Assembly (NCBI GenBank): GCA_964016885.1
Contig: OZ024742.1
Location: 348,626,001 to 348,690,000 of the forward strand
DNA: 64,000 bases
Direction of reading: 5' to 3'
DNA from: Eledone cirrhosa
Taxonomy: Eukaryota
The position numbers and the translations under genes are program-made. This document shows, one piece after another, positions 49,601 through 62,840 of the stretch (position 1 is the first letter of the stretch; the number at the start of each line of letters is the position of its first letter). The notes beneath the pieces were generated by a model, which was given only the letters and a program-made list of their open reading frames with translations, did no database searches and was not told the DNA's origin.

Positions 49601-52290
49601 GGTGTGGTTTGACAGTTAAGGTATTCTACTCAGGTGTGGTTGGACAGTTAAGGTGTTCTACTCAGGTGTAGGTGAACAGTTAAGGTGTTCTACTGATGTG
49701 TGGTTGGTTAGTAAAGGTGTTCTACTCAGGTGTAGTTGGACATTTAAGGTGTTCTATTCAGGTGTAGTTGGACAGTTAAGGTGTTCTACTCAGGTGTGGT
49801 TGAACAGTTAAGGTGTTCTACTCAGGTGTAGTTGAACAGTTAAGGTGTTCTACTCAGGTGTGGCTGGACAGTTAAGGTGTTCTACTCAGGTGTGGTTGAA
49901 CAGTTAATGTGTTCTACTCAGGTGTCGTTGGACAGTTAAGGTGTTCTATTCAGGTGTGGTTGAACAGTTAAAGTGTTCTACTGATGTGTGGTTGGACAGT
50001 TAAGGTGTTCTACTGATGTGTGGTTGGTTAGTAAAGGTGTTCTACTCAGGTGTAGTTGGACATTTAAGGTGTTCTACTCAGGTGTAGTTGAACAGTTAAG
50101 GTGATCTATTCAGGTGTAGTTGGACAGTTAAGGTGTTCTACTCAGGTGTCGTTGAACAGTTAAGGTGTTCTACTCAGGTGTAGTTGGACAGTTAAGGTGT
50201 TCTATTCAGGTGTAGGTGAACAGTTAAGGTGTTCTACTCAGGTGTGGTTGGAGAGTTAAGGTGTTCTATTCAGGTGTGGTTGAACAGTTAAGGTGTTCTA
50301 CTGATGTGTGGTTGGACAGGTAAGGTGTTCTACTCAGGTGTAGTTGAACAGTTAAGGTGTTCTACTCAGGTGTAGTTGGACAGTTAAGGTGTTCTATTCA
50401 GTTTTGGTTGAACAGTTAAGCTGTTCTACTCAGGTGTAGATGGACAGTTAAGGTGTTCTACTCAGGTGTAGTTGGACAGTTAACGTGTTCTACTGGTGTG
50501 TGGTTGGTTAGTTAAGGTGTTCTACTCAGGTGTAGTTGGACATTTAAGGTGTTCTACTCAAGTGTGGTTGAACAGTTAAGGTATTCTACTCAGGTGTAGT
50601 TGGACAGATAAGGTGTTCTATTCAGGTGTGGTTGAACAGTTAAGATGTTCTACTCAGGTGTGGTTGGACAGTGAAGGTGTTCTACTCAGGTGTAGTTGAA
50701 CAGTTAAGGTGTTCTACTCAGGTGTGGTTGGTTAGTTAAGGTGTTCTACGCAGGTGTGGTTGGACAGTTAAGGTGTTCTATTCAGGTGTAGTTGGACAGT
50801 TAAGGTGTTCTACTCAGGTGTCGTTGAACAGTTAAGGTGTTCTACTCAGGTGTAGTTGGACAGGTAAGGTGTTCTACTCAGGTGTAGTTGGACAGTTAAG
50901 GTGTTCTATTCAGGTTTGGTTGAACAGTTAAGGTGTTCTACTCATGTGTGGTTGATTAGTTAAGGTGGTCTACTCAGGTGTAGTTGAACAGTTAAGGTGT
51001 TCTACTCAGCTGTCGTTGGACAGTTAAGGTGTTCTACTGATGTGTGGTTGGTTATTTAAGGTGGTCTACTCAGGTGTAGATGGACAGTTAAGGTTTTCTA
51101 CTCAGGTGTAGATGGACAGTTAAGGTGTTCTACTCAGGTGTAGTTGGACAGTTAAGGTGTTCTACTCAGGTGTGGTTGGACAGCTAAGGTGTTCTACTCA
51201 GGTGTAGTTGGACAGTTAAGGTGTTCTACTCAGGTGTGGTTGGACAGGTAAGGTGTTCTACTCAGGTGTGGTTGAACAGTTAAGGTGTTCTACCGATGTG
51301 TGGTTGGTTAGTTAAGGTGTTCTACTCAGGTGTAGTTGGACACTTAAGGTGTTCTACTGAGGTGTAGTTGGGCAGTTAAGGTGTTCTCCTCAGGTGTGAT
51401 TGGACAGTTAAGGTTTTCTACTGATGTGTGGTTGGTTAATTAAGTTGTTCTATTCAGGTGTAGTTGGACAGTTAAGGTTTTCTACTCAGGTGTAGTTGGT
51501 CAGTTAAGGTGTTCTACTCAGGTGTAGTTGGACAGTTAAGGTGTTCTACTCCGGTGTGATTGGACAGTTAAGGTGTTCTACTGATGTGTGGTTGGTTAGT
51601 TAAGGTGTTCTACTCAGGTGTAGTTGGACATTTAAGGTGTTCTATTCAGGTGTAGTTGGACAGTTAATGTGTACTACCGATGTGTGGTTGAACAGTTAAG
51701 GTGTTCTAATCAGGTATGGTTGGACAGTTAAGGTGTTCTACTCATGTGTAGTTGAACAGTTAAGGTGTTCTATTCAGGTGTAGTTCAACAGTTAAGGTGT
51801 ACTATTCAGGTGTGGTTGGTTAGTTAAGGTGGTCTACTCTGGTGTGGTTGGTTAGTTAAGGTGGTCTACTCAGGTGTAGATGGACAGTTAAGGTGTTCTA
51901 CTCAGGTTTGATTGCTTAGTTAAGGTGGTCTACTCAGGTGTAGATGGACAGTTAAGGTATTCTACTCAGGTGTGGTTTGACAGTTAAGGTGTTCTACTCA
52001 GGTGTGGTTGGACAGTTAAGGTGTTCTACTCAGGTGTAGGTGAACAGTTAAGGTGTTCTACTGATGTATGGTTGGTTAGTAAAGGTGTTCTACTCAGGTG
52101 TAGTTGGACATTTAAGGTGTTCTATTCAGGTGTAGTTGGACAGTTAAGGTGTTCTACTCAGGTGTGGTTGAACAGTTAAGGTGTTCTACTCAGGTGTAGT
52201 TGAACAGTTAAGGTGTTCTACTCAGGTGTGGCTGGACAGTTAAGGTGTTCTACTCAGGTGTGGTTGAACAGTTAATGTGTTCTACTCAGG
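46620..52290 (+). repeat. Higher-order repeat of 74 monomers (2368 bp), about 2.4 tandem copies
   Basis: GTTGGGCAG at 46631/48999/51367, CAGTTTTGG at 48031/50399 and TGGCTGG at 49861/52229 all have offsets of exactly 2368 = 74x32. Confidence 0.93.
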
Positions 52291-54589
52291 TGTAGTTGGA
52301 CAGTTAAGGTGTTCTATTCAGGTGTGGTTGAACAGTTAAGGTGTTCTACTGATGTGTGGTTGGACAGTTAAGGTGTTCTACTCAGGTGTAGTTGAACAGT
52401 TAAGGTGTTCTATTCAGGTGTAGTTGGACAGTCAAGGTGTTCTACTCAGGAGTGGTTGAACAGTTAAGGTGTTCTACTCAGGTGTAGTTGGACAGTTAAG
52501 GTGTTCTATTGAGGTGTGGTTGAACAGTTAAGGTGTTCTACTGATGTGTGGTTGGACGGTTCAGGTGTACTACTCAGGTGTCGTTGAACAGTTAAGGTGT
52601 TCTACTCAGGTGTAGTTGGACAGTTAAGGTGTTCTATTCAGGTGTCGTTGGACAGTTAAGGTGTTCTACTCATGTGTTTGAACAGTTAAGGTGTTCTACT
52701 CAGGTGTGGTTGGACAGTTAAGGTGTTCTACTCAGGTGTGGTTGAACAGTTAAGGTGTTCTACTCAGGTGTAGGTGAACAGCTAAGGTGTTCTATTCATG
52801 TGTAGTTGGACAGTTAAGGTGTTCTACTCAGGTGTGGTTGGACAGTTAAGGTGTAGTACTCAGGTGTGGTTGAACAGTTAAGGTGTTCTACTCAGGTGTA
52901 GTTGGACAGTTAAGGTGTTCTATTCAGGTGTTGTTGAACAGTTAATGTGTTCTACTGATGTGTGGTTGGACAGTTAAGGTGTTCTACTCAGGTGTAGGTG
53001 AACAGTTAAGGTGTTCTACTCAGGTGTGGTTGGAGAGTTAAGGTGTTCTATTCAGGTGTGGTTGAACAGTTAAGGTGTTCTACTGATGTGTGGTTGGACA
53101 GGTAAGGTGTTCTACTCAGGTGTAGTTGAACAGTTAAGGTGTTCTACTCAGGTGTAGTTGGACAGTTAAGGTGTTCTATTCAGTTTTGGCTGAACAGTTA
53201 AGCTGTTCTACTCAGGTGTAGATGGACAGTTAAGGTGTTCTACTGAGGTGTAGTTGGACAGTTAATGTGTTCTACTGGTGTGTGGTTGGTTAGTTAAGGT
53301 GTTCTACTCAGGTGTAGTTGGACATTTAAGGTGTTCTATTCAGGTGTAGTTGGACAGTTAAGGTGTTCTACTCAGGTGTGGTTGGTTAGTTAAGGTGTTC
53401 TACGCAGGTGTGGTTGGACAGTTAAGGTGTTCTACTGATGTGTGGTTGGTTAGTTAATGTGTTCTACTCAAGTGTAGTTGAACAGTTAAGGTGTTCTATT
53501 CAGGTGTAGTTGGACAGTTAAGGTGTTCTACTCAGGTGTCGTTGAACAGTTAAGGTGTTCTACTCAGGTGTAGTTGGACAGTTAAGGTGTTCTACTCAGG
53601 TGTAGTTGGACAGTTAAGGTGTTCTATTCAGGTTTGGTTGAACAGTTAAGGTGTTCTACTGATGTGTGGTTGGACAGTTAAGGTGTTCTACTCAGGTGTA
53701 GTTGAACAGTTAAGGTGTTCTATTCAGGTGTCGTTGAACAGTTAAGGTGTTCTACTGATGTGTAGTTGGACAGTTAATGTGTTCTACTCAGGTGTCCTTG
53801 AACCGTTAAGGTGTTCTACTCAGGTGTAGTTGGACAGTTAAGGTGTTCTATTCAGGTGTGGTTGAACAGTTAAGGTTTTCTACTGATGTGTGGTTGGACA
53901 GTTAAGGTGTTCTATTCAGGTGTAGTTGGATAGTTAAGGTGTTCTACTCAGGTGTCGTTGAACAGTTAAGGTGTTCTACTCAGGTGTAGTTGGACAGTTA
54001 AGGTGTTCTACTAAGGTGTGGTTGGACAGTTAAGGTGTTCTACTAATATGTGGTTGGTTAGTTAAGGTGTCCTACTCAGGTCAAGTTGGACATTTAAGGT
54101 GTTCTATTCAGGTAGAGTTGGACAGTTAAGGTGTTCTATTCAGGTGTGGTTGAACAGTTAAGGTGTTCTATTCAGGTGTGGTTGGACAGTTAAAATGGTC
54201 TACTCAGGTGTGGTTGGTTAGTGAAGGTGTTCTACTCAGGTGTAGTTGAACAGTTAAGGTGTTCTATTCAGGTGTAGTTGGACAGTTAAGGTGTTCTACT
54301 CAGGTGTATTTGGACAGTTAAGGTGTTCTACTGATGTGTGGTTGGTTATTTAAGGTGGTCTACTGAGGTGTAGATGGACAGTTAAGGTGTTCTACTCAGG
54401 TGTAGATGGACAGTTAAGGTGTTCTACTCAGGTGTAGTTGGACAGTTAAGGTGTTCTACTCAGGTGTAGTTGAACAGTTAAGGTGTTCTTCTCAGGTGTG
54501 GTTGGACAGCTAAGGTGTTCTACTCAGGTGTAGTTGGACAGTTAAGGTGTTCTACTCAGGTGTGGTTGGACAGGTAAGGTGTTCTACTC

Positions 54590-57500
54590 AGGTGTAGTTG
54601 GACATTTAAGGTGTTATACTTAGGTGTATTTGGACAGTTAAGGTGTTCTCCTCAGGTGTGATTGGACAGTTAAGGTGTTCTACTGATGTGTGGTTGGTTA
54701 GTTAAGGTGTTCTATTCAGGTGTAGTTGGACAGTTAAGGTGTTCTACTCAGGTATAGTTGGTCAGTTAACTTGTTCTACTCCGGTGTATTTGGACAGTTA
54801 AGGTGTTCTACCCAGGTGTGATTGGACAGTTAAGGTGTTCTAATAATGTGTGGTTGGTTAGTTAAGGTGTTCTACTCAGGTGTAGTTGGAATTTTAAGGT
54901 GTTCTATTCATGTGTAGTTGGACAGTTAAGGTGTTCTACCGATGTGTGGTTGATCAGTTAAGGTGTTATAATCAGGTGTGGTTGGACAGTTAAGGTGTTC
55001 TACTCATGTGTAGTTGAACAGTTAAGGTGTTCTATTCAGGTGTAGTTCAACAGTTAAGGTGATCTTTTCAGGTGTGGTTGGTTAGTTAAGGAGGTCTACT
55101 CAGGTGTGGTTGGTTAGTTAAGATGGTCTACTCAGGTGTAGATGGACAGTTAAGGTGTTCTACTCAGGTGTGATTGGTTAGTTAAGGTGGTCTACTCAGG
55201 TGTAGATGGAAAGTTAAGGTGTTCTACTCAGGTGTGGTTGGACAGTTAAAGTGTTCTACTCAGGTGTGGTTGAACAGTTAAAGTGTTCTACTCAGGTGTG
55301 GTTGGACAGTTAAGGTGTTCTACTCAGGTGTGGTTGGACAGTTAAGGTGTTCTACTCAGGTGAAGGTGAACAGTTAAGGTGTTCTATTCGGGTGTAGTTG
55401 GACAGTTAAGGTGTCCTACTCAGGTGTGGTTGGACAGTTAAGCTGTTGTACTCAGGTGTGGTTGAACAGTTAAGGTGTTCTACTCAGGTGTAGTTGGACA
55501 GTTAAGGTGTTCTATTCAGGTGTTGTTGAACAGTTAATGTGTTCTACTGATGTGTGGTTGGACAGTTAAGGTGTTCTATTCAGATGTAGTTGAACAGTAA
55601 AGGTGTTCTACTCAGGTGTGGTTGGAGAGTTAAGGTGTTCTATTCAGGTGTGGTTGAACAGTTAAGGTGTTCTACTGATGTGTGGTTGGACAGTTAAGGT
55701 GTCCTATTCAGGTGTAGTTGAACAGTTAAGGTGTTCTATTCAGGTGTGGTTTAACAGTTAAGGTGTTCTACTCAGGTGTAGTTGGACAGTTAAGGTGTTC
55801 TATTCAGGTGTTGTTGAACAGTTAATGTGTTCTACTGATGTGTGGTTGGACAGTTAAGGTGTTCTATTCAGATGTAGTTGAACAGTAAAGGTGTTCTACT
55901 CAGGTGTGGTTGGAGAGTTAAGGTGTTCTATTCAGGTGTGGTTGAACAGTTAAGGTGTTCTACTGATGTGTGGTTGGACAGTTAAGGAGTCCTATTCAGG
56001 TGTAGTTGGACAGTTAAGGTGTTCTACTCAGGTGTAGTTGGACAGTTAATTTGTTCTACTGGTGTGTGGTTGGTTAGTTAAGGTTTTCTACTCAGGTGTA
56101 GTTGGACATTTAAGGTGTTCTATTCAGGTGTAGTTGGACAGTTAAGGTGTTCTACTCAGGTGTGGTTGAACAGTTAACGTGTTCTACTCTGGTGTAGTTG
56201 AACAGTTAAGTTGTTCTACTCAGGTGTGGTTGGACAGTTAAGGTGTTCTACTCAGGTGTGGTTGAACAGTTAACGTATTCTACACAGGTGTAGTTGGACA
56301 GTAAAGATGTTCTATTCAGGTGTAGTTGGACAGTTAAGGTGTTCTACTCAGGTGTGGTTGAACAGTTAAGATATTCTACTCAGGTGTAGTTGGACAGTTA
56401 AGGTGTTCTACTCAGGTGTAGTTGGACAGTTAAGGTGTTCTATTCAGGTGTGGTTGAACAGTTAAGGTCTTCTACTGATGTGTGGTTGGACAGTTAAGGT
56501 GTTCTACTCAGGTGTGGTTGGACAGTTAAGGTGTTCTACTGATATGTGGTTGGTTAGTTAAGGTGTTCTACTCAGGTGTGGTTGGACAGTTAAGGTGTTC
56601 TACTGCTGTGTGGTTGGTTAGTTAAGGAGTTCTACTCAGGTGTAGTTGAACAGTTAAGGTGTTCTATTCAGGTGTAGTTGGACAGTTAAGGTGTTCTACT
56701 CAGGTGTGGCTGAACAGTTAAGGTGTTCTACTCAGGTTTAGTTGGACAGTTAAGGTGTTCTACTCAGGTGTAGTTGGACAGTTAAGGTGTTCTACTCAGG
56801 TGGTGTTGGACAGTTAAGTTGTTCTACTGATATGTGGTTGGTTAGTTAAGGTGTTGTACTCAGGTGAAGTTGGACATTTAAGGTGTTCTATTCAGGTGTG
56901 GTTGAACAGTTAAGGTGTTCTATTCAGGTGTGGTTGGACAGTTAAAGTGGTCTACTCAGGTGTGGTTGGTTAGTTAAGGTGTTCTACTCAGGTGTAGTTG
57001 ATCAGTTAAGGTGTTCTATTCAGGTGTAGTTGGACAGTTAAGGTCGTCTACTCACGTGTAGTTGGACAGTTAAGGTGTTCTACTGATGTGTGGTTGGTTA
57101 GTTAAGGTGTTCTACTCAGGTGTAATTGAACAGTTAAGGTGTTCTACTCAGCTGTGGTTGGACAGTTAAGGTGTTCTACTGATGTGTGGTTGGTTAGTTA
57201 AGGTGTTCTACTCAGGTTTAGTTGGACAGTTAAGGTGTTCTACTCAGGTGTGGTTGGACAGTTAAGGTCTTCTACTCAGGTGAGGCAGGACAGCTAAGGT
57301 GTTCTACTCAGGTGTGGTTGGACAGTTAAGGTGTTCTACTGATGTGTGTTTGGTTAGTTAAGGTGTTCTACTCAGGTGTGGTTGAACAGTTAAGTTGTTC
57401 TACGCAGGTGTGGCTGGACAGCTAAGGTGTTCTACTGATGTGTGGTTGGTTAGTTAAGGTGTTCTACTCAAGTGTAGTTGGACGTTTAAGGTGTTCTACT

Positions 57501-60500
57501 CAGGTGTAGTTGAACAGTTAAGGTGTTCTATTCAGGTGTAGTTGGACAGTTAAGTTGTTCTATTCAGGTGTGGTTGGTTAGTTAAGGTGCTCTACGTAGG
57601 TGTAGATGGACAGTTAAGGTGTTCTACTCAGGTGTAGATGGACAGTTAAGGTGTTCTACTCAGGTTTGGTTGGACAGTTAAGTTGTTCTACTCAGGTGTG
57701 GTTGGACAGTTAAGGTGTTCTACTCAGGTGTGTTTGGACAGTTAAGGTGTTCTACTGATGTGTGGTTGGTTAGTTAAGGTGTTCTACTCAAGTGTAGTTG
57801 GACGTTTAAGGTGTTCTACTCAGGTGTAGTTGAACAGTTAAGGTGTTCTATTCAGGTGTAGTTGGACAGTTAAGTTGTTCTACTCAGGTGTAGTTGGACA
57901 GTTAAGGTGTTCTACTCATGTGTAATGGAACAGTTAAGGTGTTCTATTCAGGTGTAGTTGAACAGTTAAGGTGTTCTATTCAGGTGTGGTTGGTTATTTA
58001 AGGTGGTCTACTCAGGTGTAGATGGACAGTTAAGGTGTTCTACTCAGGTGTAGATGGACAGTTAAGGTGTTCTACTCAGGTGTAGTTGGACAGTTAAGGT
58101 GTTCTACTGATGTGTGGTTGGACAGTTAAGGTGTTCTACTCAGGTGTGGTTGGACAGTTAACGTGTTCTACTGATATGTGGTTGGTTAGTTAAGGTGTTC
58201 TACTCAGGTGTGGTTGGACAGTTAAGGTGTTCTACTGATGTGTGGTTGGTTAGTTAAGTTATTCTACTCAAGTGTAGTTGAACAGTTAAGGTGTTCTATT
58301 CAGGTCTGGTTGAACAGTTAAGGTGTTCTACTCAGGTGTAGTTGAACAGTTAAGGTGTTCTATTCAGCTGTAGTTGAACAGTTAAGGTGTTCTATTCAGG
58401 TGTGGTTGGTTAGTTAATGTGCTCTACTCAGGTGTAGATGGACAGTTAAGGTGTTCTACTCAGGTGTGGTTGAACAGTTAAGGTGTTCTACTCAGGTGTG
58501 GCTGGACAGCTAATGTGTTCTACGCAGGTGTGGTTGGACAGTTAAGGTGTTCTATTCAGCTGTAGTTGAACAGTTAAAGTGTTCTATTCAGGTGTGGTTG
58601 GTTAGTTAATGTGCTCTACTCAAGTGTAGTTGGACGTTTAAGGTGTTCTACTCAGGTGTAGATGGACAGTTAAGGTGTTCTACTCGGGTGTAGTTGGACA
58701 GTTAAGGTGTTCTACTCAGGTGTGGTTGAACAGTTAAGGTGTTCTACTCAGGTGTGGTTGGACAGCTAAGGTGTTCTACTCAGGTGTAGTTGGACAGTTA
58801 AGGTGTTCTACACAGGTGTGGTTGGACAGGTACGGTGTTCTACTCAGGTGTAGATGGACAGTTAAGGTGTTCTACTGATGTGTGGTTGGTTAGTTAAGGT
58901 GTTCTACTCAGGTGTAGGTGGACATTTAAGGAGTTCTACTCAGGTGTAATTGGACAGTTAAGGTGTTCTCCTCAGGTGTGATTGGACAGTTAAGGTGTTC
59001 TACTGATGTGTGGTTGGTTAGTTAAGGTGTTCTATTCAGGTGTAGTTGGACAGGTAAGGTGTTCTACTCAGGTGTAGATGGACAGTTAAGGTGTTCTACT
59101 GATATGTGGTTGGTTAGTTAAGGTGTTCTACTCAGGTGTAGTTGGACATTTAAGGTGTTATACTTAGGTGTAGTTGGACAGTTAAGGTGTTCTCCTCAGG
59201 TGTGATTGGACAGTTAAGGTGTTCTACTGATGTGTGGTTGGTTAGTTAAGGTGTTCTATTCAGGTGTAGTTGGACAGTTAAGGTGTTCTACTCAGGTATA
59301 GTTGGTCAGTTAACTTGTTCTACTCCGGTGTATTTGGACAGTTAAGGTGTTCTACCCAGGTGTGATTGGACAGTTAAGGTGTTCTAATAATGTGTGGTTG
59401 GTTAGTTAAGGTGTTCTACTCAGGTGTAGTTGGAATTTTAAGGTGTTCTATTCATGTGTAGTTGGACAGTTAAGGTGTTCTACTGATGTGTGGTTGATCA
59501 GTTAAGGTGTTATAATCAGGTGTGGTTGGACAGTTAAGGTGTTCTACTCATGTGTAGTTGAACAGTTAAGGTGTTCTATTCAGGTGTAGTTCAACAGTTA
59601 AGGTGATCTTTTCAGGTGTGGTTGGTTAGTTAAGGAGGTCTACTCAGGTGTGGTTGGTTAGTTAAGATGGTCTACTCAGGTGTAGATGGACAGTTAAGGT
59701 GTTCTACTCAGGTGTGATTGGTTAGTTAAGGTGGTCTACTCAGGTGTAGATGGAAAGTTAAGGTGTTCTACTCAGGTGTGGTTGGACAGTTAAAGTGTTC
59801 TACTCAGGTGTGGTTGAACAGTTAAAGTGTTCTACTCAGGTGTGGTTGGACAGTTAAGGTGTTCTACTCAGGTGTGGTTGGACAGTTAAGGTGTTCTACT
59901 CAGGTGAAGGTGAACAGTTAAGGTGTTCTATTCGGGTGTAGTTGGACAGTTAAGGTGTCCTACTCAGGTGTGGTTGGACAGTTAAGCTGTTGTACTCAGG
60001 TGTGGTTGAACAGTTAAGGTGTTCTACTCAGGTGTAGTTGGACAGTTAAGGTGTTCTATTCAGGTGTTGTTGAACAGTTAATGTGTTCTACTGATGTGTG
60101 GTTGGACAGTTAAGGTGTTCTATTCAGATGTAGTTGAACTGTAAAGGTGTTCTACTCAGGTGTGGTTGGAGAGTTAATGTGTTCTATTCAGGTGTGGTTG
60201 AACAGTTAAGGTGTTCTACTGATGTGTGGTTGGACAGTTAAGGTGTCCTATTCAGGTGTAGTTGAACAGTTAAGGTGTTCTATTCAGGTGTGGTTTAACA
60301 GTTAAGGAGTTCTACTCAGGTGTAGTTGGACAGTTAAGGTGTTCTACTCAGGTGTAGTTGGACAGTTAAGGTGTTCTACTGGTGTGTGGTTGGTTAGTTA
60401 AAGTTTTCTACTCAGGTGTAGTTGGACATTTAAGGTGTTCTATTCAGGTGTAGTTGGACAGTTAAGGTGTTCTACTCAGGTGTGGTTGAACAGTTAACGT

Positions 60501-62840
60501 GTTCTACTCTGGTGTAGTTGAACAGTTAAGTTGTTCTACTCAGGTGTGGTTGGACAGTTAAGGTGTTCTACTCAGGTGTGGTTGAACAGTTAACGTATTC
60601 TACACAGGTGTAGTTGGACAGTAAAGATGTTCTATTCAGGTGTAGTTGGACAGTTAAGGTGTTCTACTCAGGTGTGGTTGAACAGTTAATATATTCTACT
60701 CAGGTGTAGTTGGACAGTTAAGGTGTTCTACTCAGGTGTAGTTGGACAGTTAAGGTGTTCTATTCAGGTGTGGTTGAACAGTTAAGGTCTTCTACTGATG
60801 TGTGGTTGGACAGTTAAGGTGTTCTACTCAGGTGTGGTTGGACAGTTAAGGGCTTCTACTGCTGTGTGGTTGGTTAGTTAAGGAGTTCTACTCAGGTGTT
60901 GTTGGACAGTTAAGTTGTTCTACTGATATGTGGTTGGTTAGTTAAGGTGTTGTACTCAGGTGAAGTTGGACATTTAAGGTGTTCTATTCAGGTGTGGTTG
61001 AACAGTTAAGGTGTTCTATTCAGGTGTGGTTGGACAGCTAAAGTGGTCTACTCAGGTGTGGTTGGTTAGTTAAGGTGTTCTACTCAGGTGTAGTTGATCA
61101 GTTAAGGTGTTCTATTCAGGTGTAGTTGGACAGTTAAGGTCGTCTACTCACGTGTAGTTGGACAGTTAAGGTGTTCTACTGATGTGTGGTTGGTTAGTTA
61201 AGGTGTTCTACTCAGGTGTAATTGAACAGTTAAGGTGTTCTACTCAGTTGTGGTTGGACAGTTAAGGTGTTCTACTGATGTGTGTTTGGTTAGTTAAGGT
61301 GTTCTACTCAGGTGTGGTTGAACAGTTAAGTTGTTCTACGCAGGTGTGGCTGGACAGCTAAGGTGTTCTACGCAGGTGTGGTTGGACAGTTAAGGTGTTC
61401 TACTGATGTGTGGTTGGTTAGTTAAGGTGTTCTACTCAAGTTTAGTTGGACATTTAAGGTGTTCTACTCAGGTGTAGTTGAACAGTTAAGGTGTTCTATT
61501 CAGCTGTAGTTGAACAGTTAAGGTGTTCTATTCAGGTGTGGTTGGTTAGTTAAGGTGCTCTACGTAGGTGTAGATGGACAGTTAAGGTGTTCTACTCAGG
61601 TGTAGATGGACAGTTAAGGTGTTCTACTCAGGTGTGGTTGGACAGTTAAGTTGTTCTACTCAGGTGTGGTTGGACAGATAAGGTGTTCTACTCAGGTGTG
61701 TTTGGACAGTTAAGGTGTTCTACTGATGTGTGGTTGGTTAGTTAAGGTGTTCTACTCAAGTGTAGTTGGACGTTTAAGGTGTTCTACTCAGGTGTAGTTG
61801 AACAGTTAAGGTGTTCGATTCAGGTGTAGTTGGACAGTTAAGGTGTTCTACTCAGGTGTAGTTGGACAGTTAAGGTGTTCTACTCATGTGTAATGGAACA
61901 GTTAAGGTGTTCTATTCAGGTGTAGTTGAACAGTTAAGGTGTTCTATTCAGGTGTGGTTGGTTATTTAAGGTGGTCTACTCAGGTGTAGATGGACAGTTA
62001 AGGTGTTCTACTCAGGTGTAGATGGACAGTTAAGGTGTTCTACTCAGGTGTAGTTGGACAGTTAAGGTGTTCTACTGATGTGTGGTTGGACAGTTAAAGT
62101 GTTCTACTCAGGTGTGGTTGGACAGTTAACGTGTTCTACTGATATGTGGTTGGTTAGTTAAGGTGTTCTACTCAGGTGTGGTTGGACAGTTAAGGTGTTC
62201 TACTGATGTGTGGTTGGTTAGTTAAGTTATTCTACTCAAGTGTAGTTGAACAGTTAAGGTGTACTATTCAGGTCTGGTTGAACAGTTAAGGTGTTCTACT
62301 CAGGTGTAGTTGAACAGTTAAGATGTTCTATTTAGCTGTAGTTGAACAGTTAAGGTGTTCTATTCAGGTGTGGTTGGTTAGTTAATGTGCTCTACTCAGG
62401 TGTAGATGGACAGTTAAGGTGTTCTACTCAGGTGTGGTTGAACAGTTAAGGTGTTCTACTCAGGTGTGGCTGGACAGCTAATGTGTTCTACGCAGGTGTG
62501 GTTGGACAGTTAAGGTGTTCTATTCAGCTGTAGTTGAACAGTTAAGGTGTTCTATTCAGGTGTGGTTGGTTAGTTAAGGTGCTCTACTCAAGTGTAGTTG
62601 GACGTTTAAGGTGTTCTACTCAGGTGTAGATGGACAGTTAAGGGGTTCTACTCGGGTGTAGTTGGACAGTTAAGGTGTTCTACTCAGGTGTGGTTGAACA
62701 GTTAAGGTGTTCTACTCAGGTGTGGTTGGACAGCTAAGGTGTTCTACTCAGGTGTAGTTGGACAGTTAAGGTGTTCTACACAGGTGTGGTTGGACAGGTA
62801 CGGTGTTCTACTCAGGTGTAGATGGACAGTTAAGGTGTTC
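54590..62840 (+). repeat. Tandem block duplication of ~4.5 kb (142 monomers) with later whole-monomer gains and losses
   Basis: Paired markers and offsets: ATTTTAAGG 54891/59435 (4544), TACACAGG 56281/60601 (4320), CGTCTACTCACG 57045/61141 (4096), TACGTAGG 57593/61561 and CGGTG 58833/62801 (3968). Confidence 0.92.
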
